This document shows positions 28,562 through 40,613 of a stretch of 64,000 nucleotides of DNA, piece by piece (the first letter of the stretch is position 1; each line of letters starts with the position of its first letter). The notes below the pieces were generated by a model, which saw nothing but the letters and a program-made list of their open reading frames with translations, had not been told where the DNA came from and did not search any database. The stretch comes from Eledone cirrhosa. Its lineage: Eukaryota. Position numbers and translations under genes: made by a program. Where the stretch lies: assembly GCA_964016885.1 (NCBI GenBank), contig OZ024743.1, positions 259,098,001 to 259,162,000 of the forward strand, written 5' to 3'.

Positions 28562-29954
28562 GTTAGGGGTCTGGTTCGGTCGGGACCTCCAGACGGACAA
28601 AAACTGGGACGAGGTGACGAGCAGGGTGGCTTCTCTCACCCAGAAATGGGCGGAGAGGAAGCTATCCCTGAAAGGTCGAGCGGAGGTGGCTAACGCGTAC
28701 ATCGCTTCCGTCATCTACTACCGGCTGCCGTCGTACCTTGTCCTAAGCCCCGCCTGACTGCGCTGGAGCGTTTGCTCTTTCGCTTTTTCTGAAAGGGACG
28801 CGCTCCGATGGTCAGGCGGTCTATCTGCTGTCAACACCCGCTACGTGGAGGGCTGGGCATGCCGTAGCTGATGATGCGCAGACACGCGCTCAGGCTACGA
28901 CATCTCCACCTCTTCCTCGACGGTGATCAGGTGTGGTTGCCGTTTGCTAGACGCGTCTTTCCCCAGCTCGTCTACTTGACAGAGCTGCATTCCTGGGTCA
29001 AGCGAAGACCGAGAGGGAGCGCTTGGAGACTGGAATGTCTTCAGGCGCTCACAGCCCTCGACCAATCGGGCAATGTGATCGGTGGAAACTCCACCTTGGC
29101 GTTCTATAGAGGATTAGTGGAGGGGAAGAGCGACGACGTACTTAGAGAAACTCTAGGCGTCGACGAAAATCAACTAGCCAATCTCTTTGGAAGAACTTTC
29201 TGGCCGGGGCCTATGGACAACTTCCAGAAATCCCTGGCCTGGCAGTGCTACCGAGGAGCTTTGCCAGTTCGGGATAAACTCTACAGGCATGGAGGTGCCA
29301 TCAGCCGGGCATGTCCGAGATGCGCGCAGGGCGACGAAACAGTCCTGCACGCACTCGTCCAGTGTCCGAGCATTGCTGACTTGTGGGTTTATGTCGAACA
29401 CCTGCTGTTACGTGTAGGACGGATCCAGCTATCAGCTGAGTCTATCGTGAGGATTGCCCCGCCCTCTTCCTTTAGCCGGGAGCAGACAGTTTTTATCTGT
29501 CTGGTGGCCATGGCGAAAGAGATAGTATGGTGGACACGTTTGAAAGGGCTGAAGACGAGCACTTACCTCTTCGGTTATGCCATGATTAACATTTTCAAAT
29601 TTCATTTGAAAAGGAAAATCAGGGTAGAGAAGGAAGTGCTCTCTTCCCAGCATTTTGTTGAAAGATGGGTGAGAGAGGCAAGGATGGCCTACTCTGAGTA
29701 TGTGTCTTTAAATTAAAGGTGGAAAACTGGGAGAGGGCACTTGCCCTGGTGGTCAGGGTCACTGTGGCCTTTTAATGGGCTTTCTCCACGACTGTCCTTC
29801 GGAAGTCTCCCCCCTATTGGGGAATTTTTCATTGTTATTTTTATTACATCCTCTGTTTTTTTTACACGCAGAAATGCCCATTTGTACCGTCCTTATTGTC
29901 CTGTACTGTCCTTAATGTCTACTTTATGTAAACCCTTATGGTTAATAAAGAAAG

Positions 29955-29955
<1 letters not shown>
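28562..29955 (+). mobile_element. Tx1-clade copy A, 5'-truncated, with frameshifts and stops
   Basis: Highly similar to 183-1594. Ends AATAAAGAAAGC followed by (ATT)n at 29956-29991. Confidence 0.93.
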
Positions 29956-29991
<36 letters not shown>

Positions 29992-30206
29992 GAATGCTAT
30001 GGTTGACGGAGGCTCGGCTCTGTAAGGTATTGTAAATTTTGACCGCTATAACAATTGTAAATTGTTTAAAACTTTAACCAACTCGAAGACAAAAACACCC
30101 TCCTCCTCGTGAGAGGGGTCTTTCTGCCCGTTATTTGGGCCTTCGGGGTTAAATAACTGCTTACTGGGGTTTTGTGCCCAAAATTTATTCTAAACAAAAA
30201 AACAAC

Positions 30207-32299
30207 ATGGCTACGAAAAATAATTTTCATAGGTCACTCCCACTCATTCCGTCTTCTTCTTCCTCAATCGTCACTACAGCAGAGAGAAGATTGTCTCTCT
30301 CCCTCCCTTCTCTTTCGCAAGCGACGACAGAAAAGAAAAGTCTCGTGCAAAGCGTGCAAGATTTCTCCACGACGACGACGACAACAACGACGAAACAGGT
30401 GTGCGGGAAATACGAAAACCCATTTCATTCGTCTGACGTCAGGAATAATAGCAGTAGCAGCCGTAATAACAGCAGCAACAGTGACAATGAAAACAACAGT
30501 AGCAGCCGCAACAGCATCAGCAGCAGCATAAACAACAACAGCATTAGCAGCAGCAACAACAACAACAACCACAGCAACAGCGGCGGCGGTAGTAGTCGTA
30601 GTACCTGCAGCAACAACAAAAGTAACAGCGGCTCTGACGACAACAACAACAACAACAGCAGCAAAGAAAAACCAATCTCGTTTGCAGGTATCGCAAAGAA
30701 CCTGGAAACGATCCTCATAACAAATGAGGAATTAGAGGAAGCGAAGAAGATGGTGACAAAAACTTGACACCGAGCAATCTGCAAGGCAGCGTAAAAACTT
30801 TTCGAAACCCAACAGCACTGTACGGTAACGTACCGTACAGTATGTACAAAATCCCGTAGGGTTGAAAGAGCCACAGAGGCTCAAATACAAAAAGCCTTGG
30901 GGTCTGTGTGGCAGCGGAAAACGCACATCACCCGAGGCAAGAAATATGCCACCGTAGACGTACTTTTTGCCACACCCCAGGAGACAAAGGATCACTCCTT
31001 AGTGACCCTAAGGAGCGAGGAAATGGTGTTGGTGCCCTCCTACTGCGGGCAAAAAATTGTGAGGGTCAAACTGACCCACGTCCCCCCCCCGGGATGGCCC
31101 CTTCTTGGCTGGCCGCGTCTGTCCTCGTCAGAATCGAGGACAAAACAACTGTACTGCAAGTACAGAAAAAAGTAAGAGAAGATTGGGTCGGCACCTCCAT
31201 TGAGATGTTAATCCAAGCCAACCAGCAGTGCATCGAAGCTATCCCGGATGTGATAGACTTCGATAACGGCACTCAATTGCCCATAAGTGTTGAGGGCAAA
31301 CGCCCGAAATGCTTTCGCTGTGGATCGAAGACTCACCCTCAGGGCCTTCTGCAACGAGAAGAACCTGAGAAAGGAGAAAACCCCCCTCCTTCCGAAACCG
31401 GCTCCACGGCTACCAGCAACAGGACAAGCGGCAACCAGGAACGATAGGTCCGTGGCACCCATACCCACACCACGGAAATCAAAAACAGCAGCAGCAGTGG
31501 AAGTATTAACAACAACAACAACATCAATACCAAATGCAGCTGCAACAAATACTCCACTGCAAACATCACCAACAACAACAAGTGAAAGAGTGGAGCTGGT
31601 ACCCCTCCCCGACCTCACAGAATCAGACATGGAGTGTGAGGTGAGAGAGGGATGGCAAAAGGTCGTAAGAAGGCACAAACGCAGGAGCAGCGCATCGTCG
31701 CCTTCGAAAGGGAGGAAAGAAATGAAAAAAGGGTAAAGGCTACTGCAAAGAGACTCACAGCAGCAACACCACCAACACCATCACAACCCACACTAGCACC
31801 ACCATCACCACCAGCGACAACCCCACCGCCAACAACAACAACACCTTCAACACCACCACCACAAGCACCAAAATCGCAAACACAACAACAAAACACACAC
31901 ACCCAGCAACAACGACAAGAAAATAGCAGAACCACACCCGACCCCCAGAAAAACAAATGCACAGCAATAAATACACACAACAAGAAACTAATGACTTACA
32001 TAATTGAACACACAGACATTTCACAACACGACTACATAATACCAGCACCAATCAAAACGCCAACTAACATAAGACTGCTAAAAATAGCACAGAAACAATA
32101 CACAAACATTAAAACGAAATTCCCCAACGCAGTTGGTGATTTCAGAGACCTAGGAGGGACTCTCAATCGAAGAGTATATTCGGACATACTCATAGAAGAG
32201 CCAACAACCAGCCGAGGGGACTATTCAATGGTCCCTTCACCAGACGATCAAGTGAAAAGGGATGGAAAAACCATCCCTCCTCTACGAAAAGTACGGTAA
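30207..32299 (+). pseudogene. Tx1 ORF1 (frameshifted)
   Basis: Asn/Ser-rich N-terminus, PISFAGIAK, and CFRCGSKTH/LRAFC (CX2CX4HX4C) split by a 1-nt insertion near 31336. Pro/Thr-rich C-terminal part. Confidence 0.8.
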
Positions 32300-32334
32300 G
32301 TGGTCTTTCCCATCTTTTCCACTCTATTTTAAAC

Positions 32335-35300
32335 ATGACCTCACTCAGAATAGGCAGCACAAATGCGCGTGGCTTGGGGTCGTCATGGAAGCAGGGTCAC
32401 CTGCTCAACGACCTCAGGTCATTAAACATAGATGTAGTGGCCATCAGCGAGACCAGAATCTCCGAAGCATGGGCCTTCGCACCGATCTTCGGCGGCTACG
32501 ATGTGTACGCATCTCCCAGCCGTCCTGGATCGGGGGGAGGATTTGCTGTGCTTTGTCGGAGAGGTTTGGATCTCGCCATACGGGCCATCTTCCTGGACCC
32601 AGAGGGTAAGTTGGTGGTGCTGGACGTGACCAGCGGAGACGGGCAAGCTTTCAGGCTAGTGGCCGTCTATGCCCCGACAGGAGAAGGGCGGCCTGATTTC
32701 TTCCGGCATCTGGAGAACTTTCTTGGAACGTCCCGCCCTTTAGTGTTAGTGGGCGACTGGAACGGGATCTTAGATGCACGCTGAGACTGTGTGGGATTAG
32801 CGGATAGGGGTGGAGGGTGCAAGAGCCTCACCAACCTGCTCAGGCGTTTTGAACTGTCTGACAGGTACCGATTGGATTTCCCGTATGTGCCAATGTGGAC
32901 TTGGACAAATCGCTTCGGGTCATCCAGATCATATCTAGATAGAGTATTTTGTAGGGAAATAGATAGGTCTAGCATAGGCTGACCACAATTCAAGATAGTC
33001 AGCTACACGGACCACAAATTCGTGATCTGTGTGCTTGACTTAGATAGGCTTCATAGACGAGGACCGGGCTACTGGAAGCTAAACGCGTCCTTAGCAAGGC
33101 CTACAGAGACCGGATTAGCGAACTAGTTAAGCGGGCGTTGACGGGGCCCATCGTCAACAACAAGTGGTGGTTTGCTCTGAAAAGAGCGATTAGAATAGAA
33201 TCCATTAGGTTTAGTAAGGCTTTAGCAATAGAGAAAAATAGAGCAGAGGGAGAATTAGTTAGAAAATTAGACGAGGCGCTTAGCAAAAGCATCGCGACCG
33301 ACGTGCTTGCGGCGAAATTGGCCCTTGACCAATTCTTCAATGTAAAGCACGAAGGCTGCGTTGTCAGAGCTAGGGTGCGTGCTCTCAGACACGAGGGGAC
33401 GAAAGCCGTACAATGGGCCCGAGTGGCGGAGGCGCGTCGTGGTAGCAAAGCCACGATCCGGTCTTTGGTGGACCACGACGGGCGCATGCTACTCGATCCC
33501 GGGCAAATGTGTGAAGCTTTTCAGCGACACTTCACTCAGCTGTTCAGGGGCGGCGGTGGACCGGGTCGAGGGATGGACTTTAGTGTCTACCTCGACGGAC
33601 TGCCGCGGCTCTCGGCCACTGAGGCGGAGTGTTGCGAAAAGCCGATAACAGCCGCTGAAGTAAGGGAGGCAATGACTGGCTGCACAAGGGGTAAATCGCC
33701 TGGTTTGGATGGTCTGCCCTATGAACTTTACGTACAGATGCCAGACTTGTTCGGAGGCCTCTTGGCGGACGTCTACTGCAACTGGCAACAGAACGGGAGA
33801 ATTCCCAGTTCTGTGAGCCGAGGAGCGGTGGCACTGCTGAGAAAGGATCCGAACAAGGGGGATAACATAGATAATTTCCGGCCCATAACTCTGCTAAACA
33901 CAGAGTTCAAGATTTTGGCCAAGGTGCTAGCAAAGAGGTTGGCGTTTGTCGTTGGTGGTCTGGTGGGAGAGGCGCAGACATGCGCCATTCCCGACAGATC
34001 CATCCACGACAACCTCCACATCGTAGAGAGGGTAGCTAGGGAACTTGGCACGGGTGGGTCCTTGATCAATTTAGATCAGTCGAAAGCTTTTGATAGGGTT
34101 GACCATCGTTACCTAACGGCAGTCCTGAGGGCGGCTGGCTTTGGGCCCGTCTTCAGAGGCTGGATCGCTGCCATGCACAGCGACATCTGCTCTGTTAGAG
34201 TGAACGGTCACCTTTCGGAACCGTTCAACATCATGCGCTCGGTCCGCCAAGGATGTCCCCTTTTGTCCCTTTTGTACGTATTGATTCTCGAGCCATTACT
34301 GCACAAACTGGAGACGTTGAGGGGGGTCCCGCGCGAACTAGAATGCGGAAGATCCGTGTCAGCATATGCGGACGATGTCACCGTAGTGGTGTCGAACGCC
34401 AAACACATCGAGGCGATCGGCACTACACTAAGAGAATACGAAGCGGTGACAGGAGCAATGATCAACCAGGAAAAGTCAGTGGGCCTGCAGCTCGGCACCT
34501 GGAGAGGCAGGTCCATGCCGCCCAACAGCCTCGTCGGACGCTGGACGGACGGACCGGTTAAATTTCTAGGGGTCTGGTTCGGTCCGGACCTCCAGACGGA
34601 CAAAAACTGGGACGAGGTGACGAGCAGGGTGGCTTCTCTCACCCAGAAATGGGCGGAGAGGAAGCTATCCCTGAAAGGTCGAGCGGAGGTGGCTAACGCG
34701 TACATCGCGTCTGTAATCTGCTACCGGCTGACGTTGTACCTTGTCCTAAGCCTCGCCTGACTGCGCTGGAGCGTTTGCTCTTTCGCCTTTTCTGGAAGGG
34801 ACGCGCTCTGATGGTCAGACGGTCCATCTGTTGTCAACACCCGCTACGTGGAGGGCTTGGCATGCCGTGGCTGATGATGCGCAGGCACGCGCTCAGGCTA
34901 CGACATCTCCACCTCTTCCTCGACGGTGATCAGGTGTGGTCGCCGTTTGCTAGACACGTATTTCCCCAGCTCGTTTCCTTGACTGAGCTGCAGTCCTGGG
35001 TCAAGCGAAGACCGAGAGGGAGCGCCTGGAGACTGGAATGTCTTCAGGCGCTCACAGCCCTCGACCAATCGGGCAATGTGATCGGTGGAAACTCCACCTC
35101 GGCGTTCTATAGAGGATTAGTGGGGGCGAAGAGCGACGACGTACTTGGAGAAACTCTAGGCGTCGACGAAAATCAACTAGCCAATCTCTTCGGAAGAACT
35201 TTCGGGCCAGGGCCTATGGACAACTTACAGAAATCTCTGGCCTGGCAGTGCTACCGAGGAGCCTTGCCAGTTCGGGATAAACTCTACAGGCATGGAGGTG

Positions 35301-35731
35301 CCGTCAGCCGGGCATGTCCGAGATGCGCGCAGGGCGACGAAATCGTCCTGCACGCACTCGTCCAGTGTCCGAAAATTGCTGACTTGTGGGTTTATGTCGA
35401 ACACCTGCTGTCGCGTGTAGGACGGATCCGGCTATCATCTGAGTCCATCGTGAGGATTGCCCCGCCCTCCTCCTTTAGCCGGGAAGGGCAGGCAGTTTTT
35501 ATCTGTCTGGTGGCCATGGCGAAAGAGAATGTATGGTGGACACGTTTGAAAGGGCTGAAGACGAGCACTTACCTCTTCGGTGATGCCCTCATTGACTTTT
35601 TCAAATTTCATTTGAAAAGGAAAATCAGAGTAGAGAGGGAAGTGCTCTCTTCCCAGCATTTTGTTGAAAGATGGGTGAGAGAAACAAGAATGGCCCGAGT
35701 GAATGGGCCTACTCTGAGTATATATCTGTAA
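32335..35731 (+). pseudogene. Tx1 ORF2: APE endonuclease, reverse transcriptase, zinc finger (stops and frameshifts)
   Basis: STNARGL, ISET, VYAP, GDWN, SYLDR, TDH; KSPGLDG, FRPITLLN, DQSKAFDRV, VRQGCP, AYADD; CPRC..HALVQC. Confidence 0.93.
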
Positions 35732-35978
35732 ATTAAAGGTGGAAAACTGGGAGAGGGCACTTGCCTTGGTGGTCAGGGTCACTGTGGCCTTTTACTGGGC
35801 TTTCTCCACAAATGTCCCTCCGAAGTCTCCCCCCTATTGGGGAATTTTTCATTGTTACTTTTTGTTACATCCTCTGTTTTTGTTTTTACACGCAGACATG
35901 CCCATTTGTACCGTACTGTATTGTCCTGCACTGTCCTTAATGTCTACTTTATGTAAACCATTGTGGTTAATAAAGAAA

Positions 35979-35980
<2 letters not shown>

Positions 35981-36010
<30 letters not shown>

Positions 36011-36019
36011 GTTGTTATT
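35981..36019. repeat. (ATT)n shared by the 3' ends of Tx1-B and Dong
   Basis: Seen directly. Confidence 0.95.
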
Positions 36020-39000
36020 CCTTGAATCTCAGTCATTGATGTTGGTTAACTGGAAAGTCCGTTGGATTGAATATCAAGCCACTACCTGCAGCCTCAGATA
36101 TTCAGGACGTATCGGAGGGTTCTTGCTGTTCCAAGCAAGCATGCCTTTTGGAGCGTTCCAAAAAGCGTGAAGGGGCCGATTTTCTTTAACCATCCCTGGA
36201 AACCTTTGGAGATAGTCCCCAGTGCGCCTATGACAATCGGGATCACTTTGACTTCATGGCAGTTCCAAATCCTTTTCACCTCCCACTTTAGGTCCTGGTA
36301 TCGGTTGATTTTCTCCCTCTCCTTCTCTTGCACTCTCGTGTCGAATGGGCAGGCCACATCCACAATCAGACACGATCTTTTTTCTTTGTCCACAACCACC
36401 AGGTCAGGTCTATTGTGTTCCAGTTTTTTGTCCGTCTGTATCCTAAAATCCCACAGCACCTTCACCTGATTGTTCTCCATCACCGCCTCTGGCCTATGCT
36501 CATACCATTTCTCAGAATGTGGTAAATTGTTTACTTTGCACAGGTGCCAGTGGATCACCCTGCCCATCATATCGTGTCTCCAGCCCTTATAGTGGGTCTG
36601 GGCTAGGTGTTTACACTCGGACACAATGTGAGCCACAGTCTCCTCTCTCTCTCCACAGATCCTGCACAGTGGGATAGCCTCCTCCTTGTAAATATGGTGC
36701 TTCAACCACTTCGTTTTGAGGGCCTGCTCCTGCGCAGCCATTAGCATTCCTTCTGTAGCCTTTTTGAGGTCTCCTCTTCTCAACCAGTTCCATGTCTGTG
36801 GATCTCTAAATTCAGTTTTCTCAAAGAAGGTACTATGAAGGGATTTTCCCTTAAGGCTGCTCTTCCTCCTTGATGTTATTTCCTCCTTGGACATCCCCTG
36901 GCCTACTGTCCCCTCCTTCAGTACAGTTCTGAGCATTGGCTCCTTACTATAGGTCACGTATTTGTATAGGTTGTTTTTCTCCACCTGAACACAGTCCTCT
37001 ATGCTGATAAGACCTCTTCCACCCTCAGATCTCCTTAGGTAGAGTCTATCGACATCACTCCTCTTGTGGAACATGTTGTAGATAGTCAATAGCTTCCTAG
37101 TCTTCCTATCCATTTCTTTTTGTTCAGCAACATTCCATCTCAGAATTCCCGCACTGTACCTAATAATAGACACAGCTCGGGAATTTACTGCGCTTATGGC
37201 ATTTCTGCTGTTCAGATGTGACTTCAATACGCTCCTTACTCTCCGAATGTATTCAGTTCTTAACAATTCCTTCATTTTTTTGTTCTTTATGCCATCAGCC
37301 TCCAGAACGCCCAAATACTTGTATCCTTCCTCAGAGTCAATTTCCTTTATCATCTCACCTGTTGGTATCTGGATCCCGTTACTTCTGCTCAACCTACCCC
37401 TCCTCAGCACAATGACTCCACATTTACCAATACCAAACTGCATACATATATCACTGCTGAAAATACGGACAGTGTCAACAAGCACATCCAACTCCTTCTC
37501 ACTTTTCCCGAAGAGCTTAAGATCGTCCATGAAGAGGAGGTGATTGATGGTAAGCTCTCCCCTTCCCAACTTGTATCCTGCTCTCACTTTTCGCAGCATA
37601 ATGGTCAAGGGCATCAGGGCAAGGACAAACAACAGAGTGGACAGGCTATCTCCCTGGAAGATACCTCTCTTGATATTCACGCTTCCCAAGGATACTCCAG
37701 TTGATGTCAACTCTGTCTCCCAGGACCCCATACTCCTGCCTAGCAACTGTCTGATGTTATCTGCCACCCTGAAGATCTCCAGGCTTTTGGTGATCCAAGA
37801 ATGAGGCACCATGTCAAATGCCTTTCTGTAGTCTATCCATCCCATGGCAAGATCAGTGTGTCTCCTCCTGCAATTCCCCATTACCATCTTATCAATAAGT
37901 AACTGGTCCTTTGTACCACGTGACTTCTTTCGGTATCCTTTCTGTTCGTCCGGTAACAAGTTGTTTGTGTGGAGGTGATGGTAGATTTCCTCAGACACAA
38001 TGCTCGTCAACAGTTTCCACATTACGGACAGACATGTGATAGGTCTATAGTTGGTAACATCATTACCCTTGATTCGGTCTTTCACTATCAGAACTGTGGT
38101 ACCTTTTGTCAACCACTCTGGCACCTCACCCGACACCAAGCAGTCATTGAACATGGCCGTCAGCTTCGGGTGGAGGGATGTTAAATGTTTAATCCAATAC
38201 CCCTGCACACCATCTGGGCCTGGTGATTTCCAGTTGGTTAGTTTTTTGGCCTGCCCCTTAAGAGTTTCAACTGTGATACTCAAATCAGTTTGTTGCTGTG
38301 CCTGCTCACCGATCTCCCTCTGTACTGTCTCAATCCACCCTGCCTGGACATTATGTCTAACATCCTGCTCCCATATTCCTCTCCAGAATGTTTTAGTTTG
38401 CTCCGCCCCAGGGATCAAGTCGTTGCCTCTTTCTTTCTCCTCAAGCTGTCCAAACAGCATCTTCTGGTTGTTGTCGAACATGCGGTTCTGTTTATACTGA
38501 CTGACTCTGTTCTCGTATCGCCTGATTTTTGCACTCTTTGCTACAATGCGTTGCTTCAGTTCCTCTATGATAATATTTAGCTTTTTCCTCCTAGTTTTGT
38601 ATTTCATTTCCAGTCTATTTTTAGTGCCTATGTTTTTTAGTGTCCCATTCAGTAGTGACTCAAGCTTTCCTATGTCATTTCTCATTTCCCCGATTTGCCC
38701 ACTCAGTCGTTTCTTCCACCACGGCTCTGCTCTTTCTTGTCTGTTGTTTCCTCTCGCTTTTATACCAAATAGTTTCCTCACCGTATTTGCTGTTGCTTTG
38801 AGGATATTGTTGCACTGGTGAAGGCTCCTCGCCTCAAGGTATGGGATGACTTTGTTTACCTTAGCTGTTGTTTCTTTTAACTTTTTCCTGTCTACAAATC
38901 TTAGGTTCATAGGTCTCCCACTATCATTGTTCAATTCATCTACCACTAAATTTAGGATGTCAACCGAATCTTGTCCTAGCCCGTCAGCATTCATCTCCTC

Positions 39001-40569
39001 AGTGGCCGTATCTCTGTTCCAGGTATTATTTATCTCAGTATTCAGATCATTGTCTGCTTCGGGTGGTTCCACCGTTCTCAGGACCTCTTCACCATCATTT
39101 CCCACTGGCTCGCTTGTCTGGCATACTACACCCGCCATCTCCAAGCCATTCTCTCTGCTCAGTTCCTCCAGTTCCAGCTCGCTTATCCACCCATTAGTTC
39201 TTATTACCCGAGCCTGCCCGGCCAATTTTTGTTCATCTAATTTAAATAAACCAATCTCGTTCCAGATGTTATGCATCCGTCTCCTGTAGCCCCTCTCCTT
39301 GGGGTTACTTTTCAGGTAACATTGCATAACAGTTCTATTCAATTCTTTCGTCCAGTTGGTTCTGGCCCCTTTCCTTCTTCTCCTTCCTCCAACATCAGCA
39401 GTATTTGGTTGACAGTCAGGTTCCTGCTGCTGAGCCAGGGGGCACCTGTTGGGTGAGAGTCTGTCACATGACGTTCTAGTCTCCATTTCACCGTTATTCG
39501 AACTGTTTATGTTCGATATTTAAACACTCTTATCGAGGATTGGCGAATGTATGGTTACATAGCCATCTGTGGATCCGCCATTCCACTTGGCCCTTGTGTG
39601 GCATTATCACCACGCTGTATACGAACACACATAAACAAACAAACACACAGGCAGAAAGGGCCCCAAAAATGAATAAGCATAAGTTTCATTGTAATGTAGT
39701 GTTCGAATGTCTGACTTAGTTTTTGTTTTTTAAGTTTTAGTTTTTCCCCCCTCTTCTCTGTCCGTCCGCCTGCTTCTCTCTTCATTCTTATTTCCTTTAC
39801 GTTTTTGGGGGTTTTTTTTTGTTTTTGTTTTTCTCTGTTTGTTTTTCTCGTTTTTTGCTGTTGTTGCTGTGCTGCTTTGGTTTTGTTGTTTGTTTTTTCT
39901 TTTTTCTTTTGAGTCTATCTATATATTTTGATGCCTTCCTCTTTTTTAGCAGTAGGGATTCTATAATGTGGTGGCAGCAGCCAGCTGGGAGAAGTGGAGG
40001 ACTGGCGGCGGTAGCGATACTGAGACAGTGGTGGTGGTGATGTCGATACCGAGGCAGTGGTGGCGGTGATGTGACCGTATTACTGTAGTGATGGTGCTGT
40101 AGCGGTGGTAGCAGTGAAGGAGTGAAGGGGTGGTGGCGGCGGTGATGGGATAATGGTGGTAATGATGGCCGTAGTGAGCGGTGGTGGTGAAAATGCCATT
40201 ATCTGGCTGTTGTGTTTAGTGTACACAGGTGATGGGGTGGGTGGTGTATCTAGTTTCTGGTGTTGGTGAGTTTGGCTGTTCTATATAGTGTAGACAGAGG
40301 AGAGGAGGGGGGGGGGGTTCTTCTTCCAGTTATAACCATTTTCTTTTTTGGATATACAGTGTACAATACAAAGTTGAATATTTGAATATTTGAGCCTTAT
40401 AACAATATATTTTGGGTCCGAATTTTTTTGGGCTCAAGCCGGGTGCTTTACGTAGCATTTGTACTAAGAGTTGTTATTTCACAAATGATTTAAATATGTT
40501 AAAAATTCAAAACTTACGGGAGCGATTTCATGACCTCCGTCACCTCGTGCGTCTTCTTCCCTTATTCCC
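36020..40569 (-). mobile_element. R4/Dong-clade non-LTR retrotransposon, apparently full length, inside (TAA)n
   Basis: Single ORF with RT, CCHC and restriction-like endonuclease. (TAA)n on both sides, which is the known Dong target. Confidence 0.92.
36094..39486 (-). CDS. R4/Dong ORF, 1130 aa, intact: RT, CCHC finger, PD-(D/E)xK endonuclease
   Basis: NWKSPGPDG, YRPITCL, WIDYRKAFD, GIFQGDSLS, LLFMDDLK, YKYLG, CRICGEREETVAHIVSEC, WRHD, RPDLVVVD..IVDVACP..EKINRY. Confidence 0.95.
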   Translation of the reverse strand: METRTSCDRLSPNRCPLAQQQEPDCQPNTADVGGRRRRKGARTNWTKELNRTVMQCYLKSNPKERGYRRRMHNIWNEIGLFKLDEQKLAGQARVIRTNGWISELELEELSRENGLEMAGVVCQTSEPVGNDGEEVLRTVEPPEADNDLNTEINNTWNRDTATEEMNADGLGQDSVDILNLVVDELNNDSGRPMNLRFVDRKKLKETTAKVNKVIPYLEARSLHQCNNILKATANTVRKLFGIKARGNNRQERAEPWWKKRLSGQIGEMRNDIGKLESLLNGTLKNIGTKNRLEMKYKTRRKKLNIIIEELKQRIVAKSAKIRRYENRVSQYKQNRMFDNNQKMLFGQLEEKERGNDLIPGAEQTKTFWRGIWEQDVRHNVQAGWIETVQREIGEQAQQQTDLSITVETLKGQAKKLTNWKSPGPDGVQGYWIKHLTSLHPKLTAMFNDCLVSGEVPEWLTKGTTVLIVKDRIKGNDVTNYRPITCLSVMWKLLTSIVSEEIYHHLHTNNLLPDEQKGYRKKSRGTKDQLLIDKMVMGNCRRRHTDLAMGWIDYRKAFDMVPHSWITKSLEIFRVADNIRQLLGRSMGSWETELTSTGVSLGSVNIKRGIFQGDSLSTLLFVLALMPLTIMLRKVRAGYKLGRGELTINHLLFMDDLKLFGKSEKELDVLVDTVRIFSSDICMQFGIGKCGVIVLRRGRLSRSNGIQIPTGEMIKEIDSEEGYKYLGVLEADGIKNKKMKELLRTEYIRRVRSVLKSHLNSRNAISAVNSRAVSIIRYSAGILRWNVAEQKEMDRKTRKLLTIYNMFHKRSDVDRLYLRRSEGGRGLISIEDCVQVEKNNLYKYVTYSKEPMLRTVLKEGTVGQGMSKEEITSRRKSSLKGKSLHSTFFEKTEFRDPQTWNWLRRGDLKKATEGMLMAAQEQALKTKWLKHHIYKEEAIPLCRICGEREETVAHIVSECKHLAQTHYKGWRHDMMGRVIHWHLCKVNNLPHSEKWYEHRPEAVMENNQVKVLWDFRIQTDKKLEHNRPDLVVVDKEKRSCLIVDVACPFDTRVQEKEREKINRYQDLKWEVKRIWNCHEVKVIPIVIGALGTISKGFQGWLKKIGPFTLFGTLQKACLLGTARTLRYVLNI

Positions 40570-40613
<44 letters not shown>
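40570..40613. repeat. (TTA)n separating the head-to-head 5' ends of Dong and Tx1-C
   Basis: Seen directly. Confidence 0.95.

Larger units (their letters stand above)
29992..35980 (+). mobile_element. Tx1-clade copy B, full length (5'UTR, ORF1, ORF2), inactivated
   Basis: ORF1 with a gag-like knuckle; ORF2 with APE, RT and CCHC. Bounded by (ATT)n on both sides. Confidence 0.95.

Noticed and set aside
36167-39456. Plus-strand ORFs over the Dong element and antisense ORFs over Tx1/Penelope
   Set aside because: These are shadow ORFs of the real opposite-strand coding sequence.
39535-39665. HDV-like ribozyme in the Dong leader (ggccctt/aagggcc and tggcgga/ttcgcca stems on minus)
   Set aside because: Hairpins exist, but I could not assign P2, P1.1 or J4/2 in the right order.
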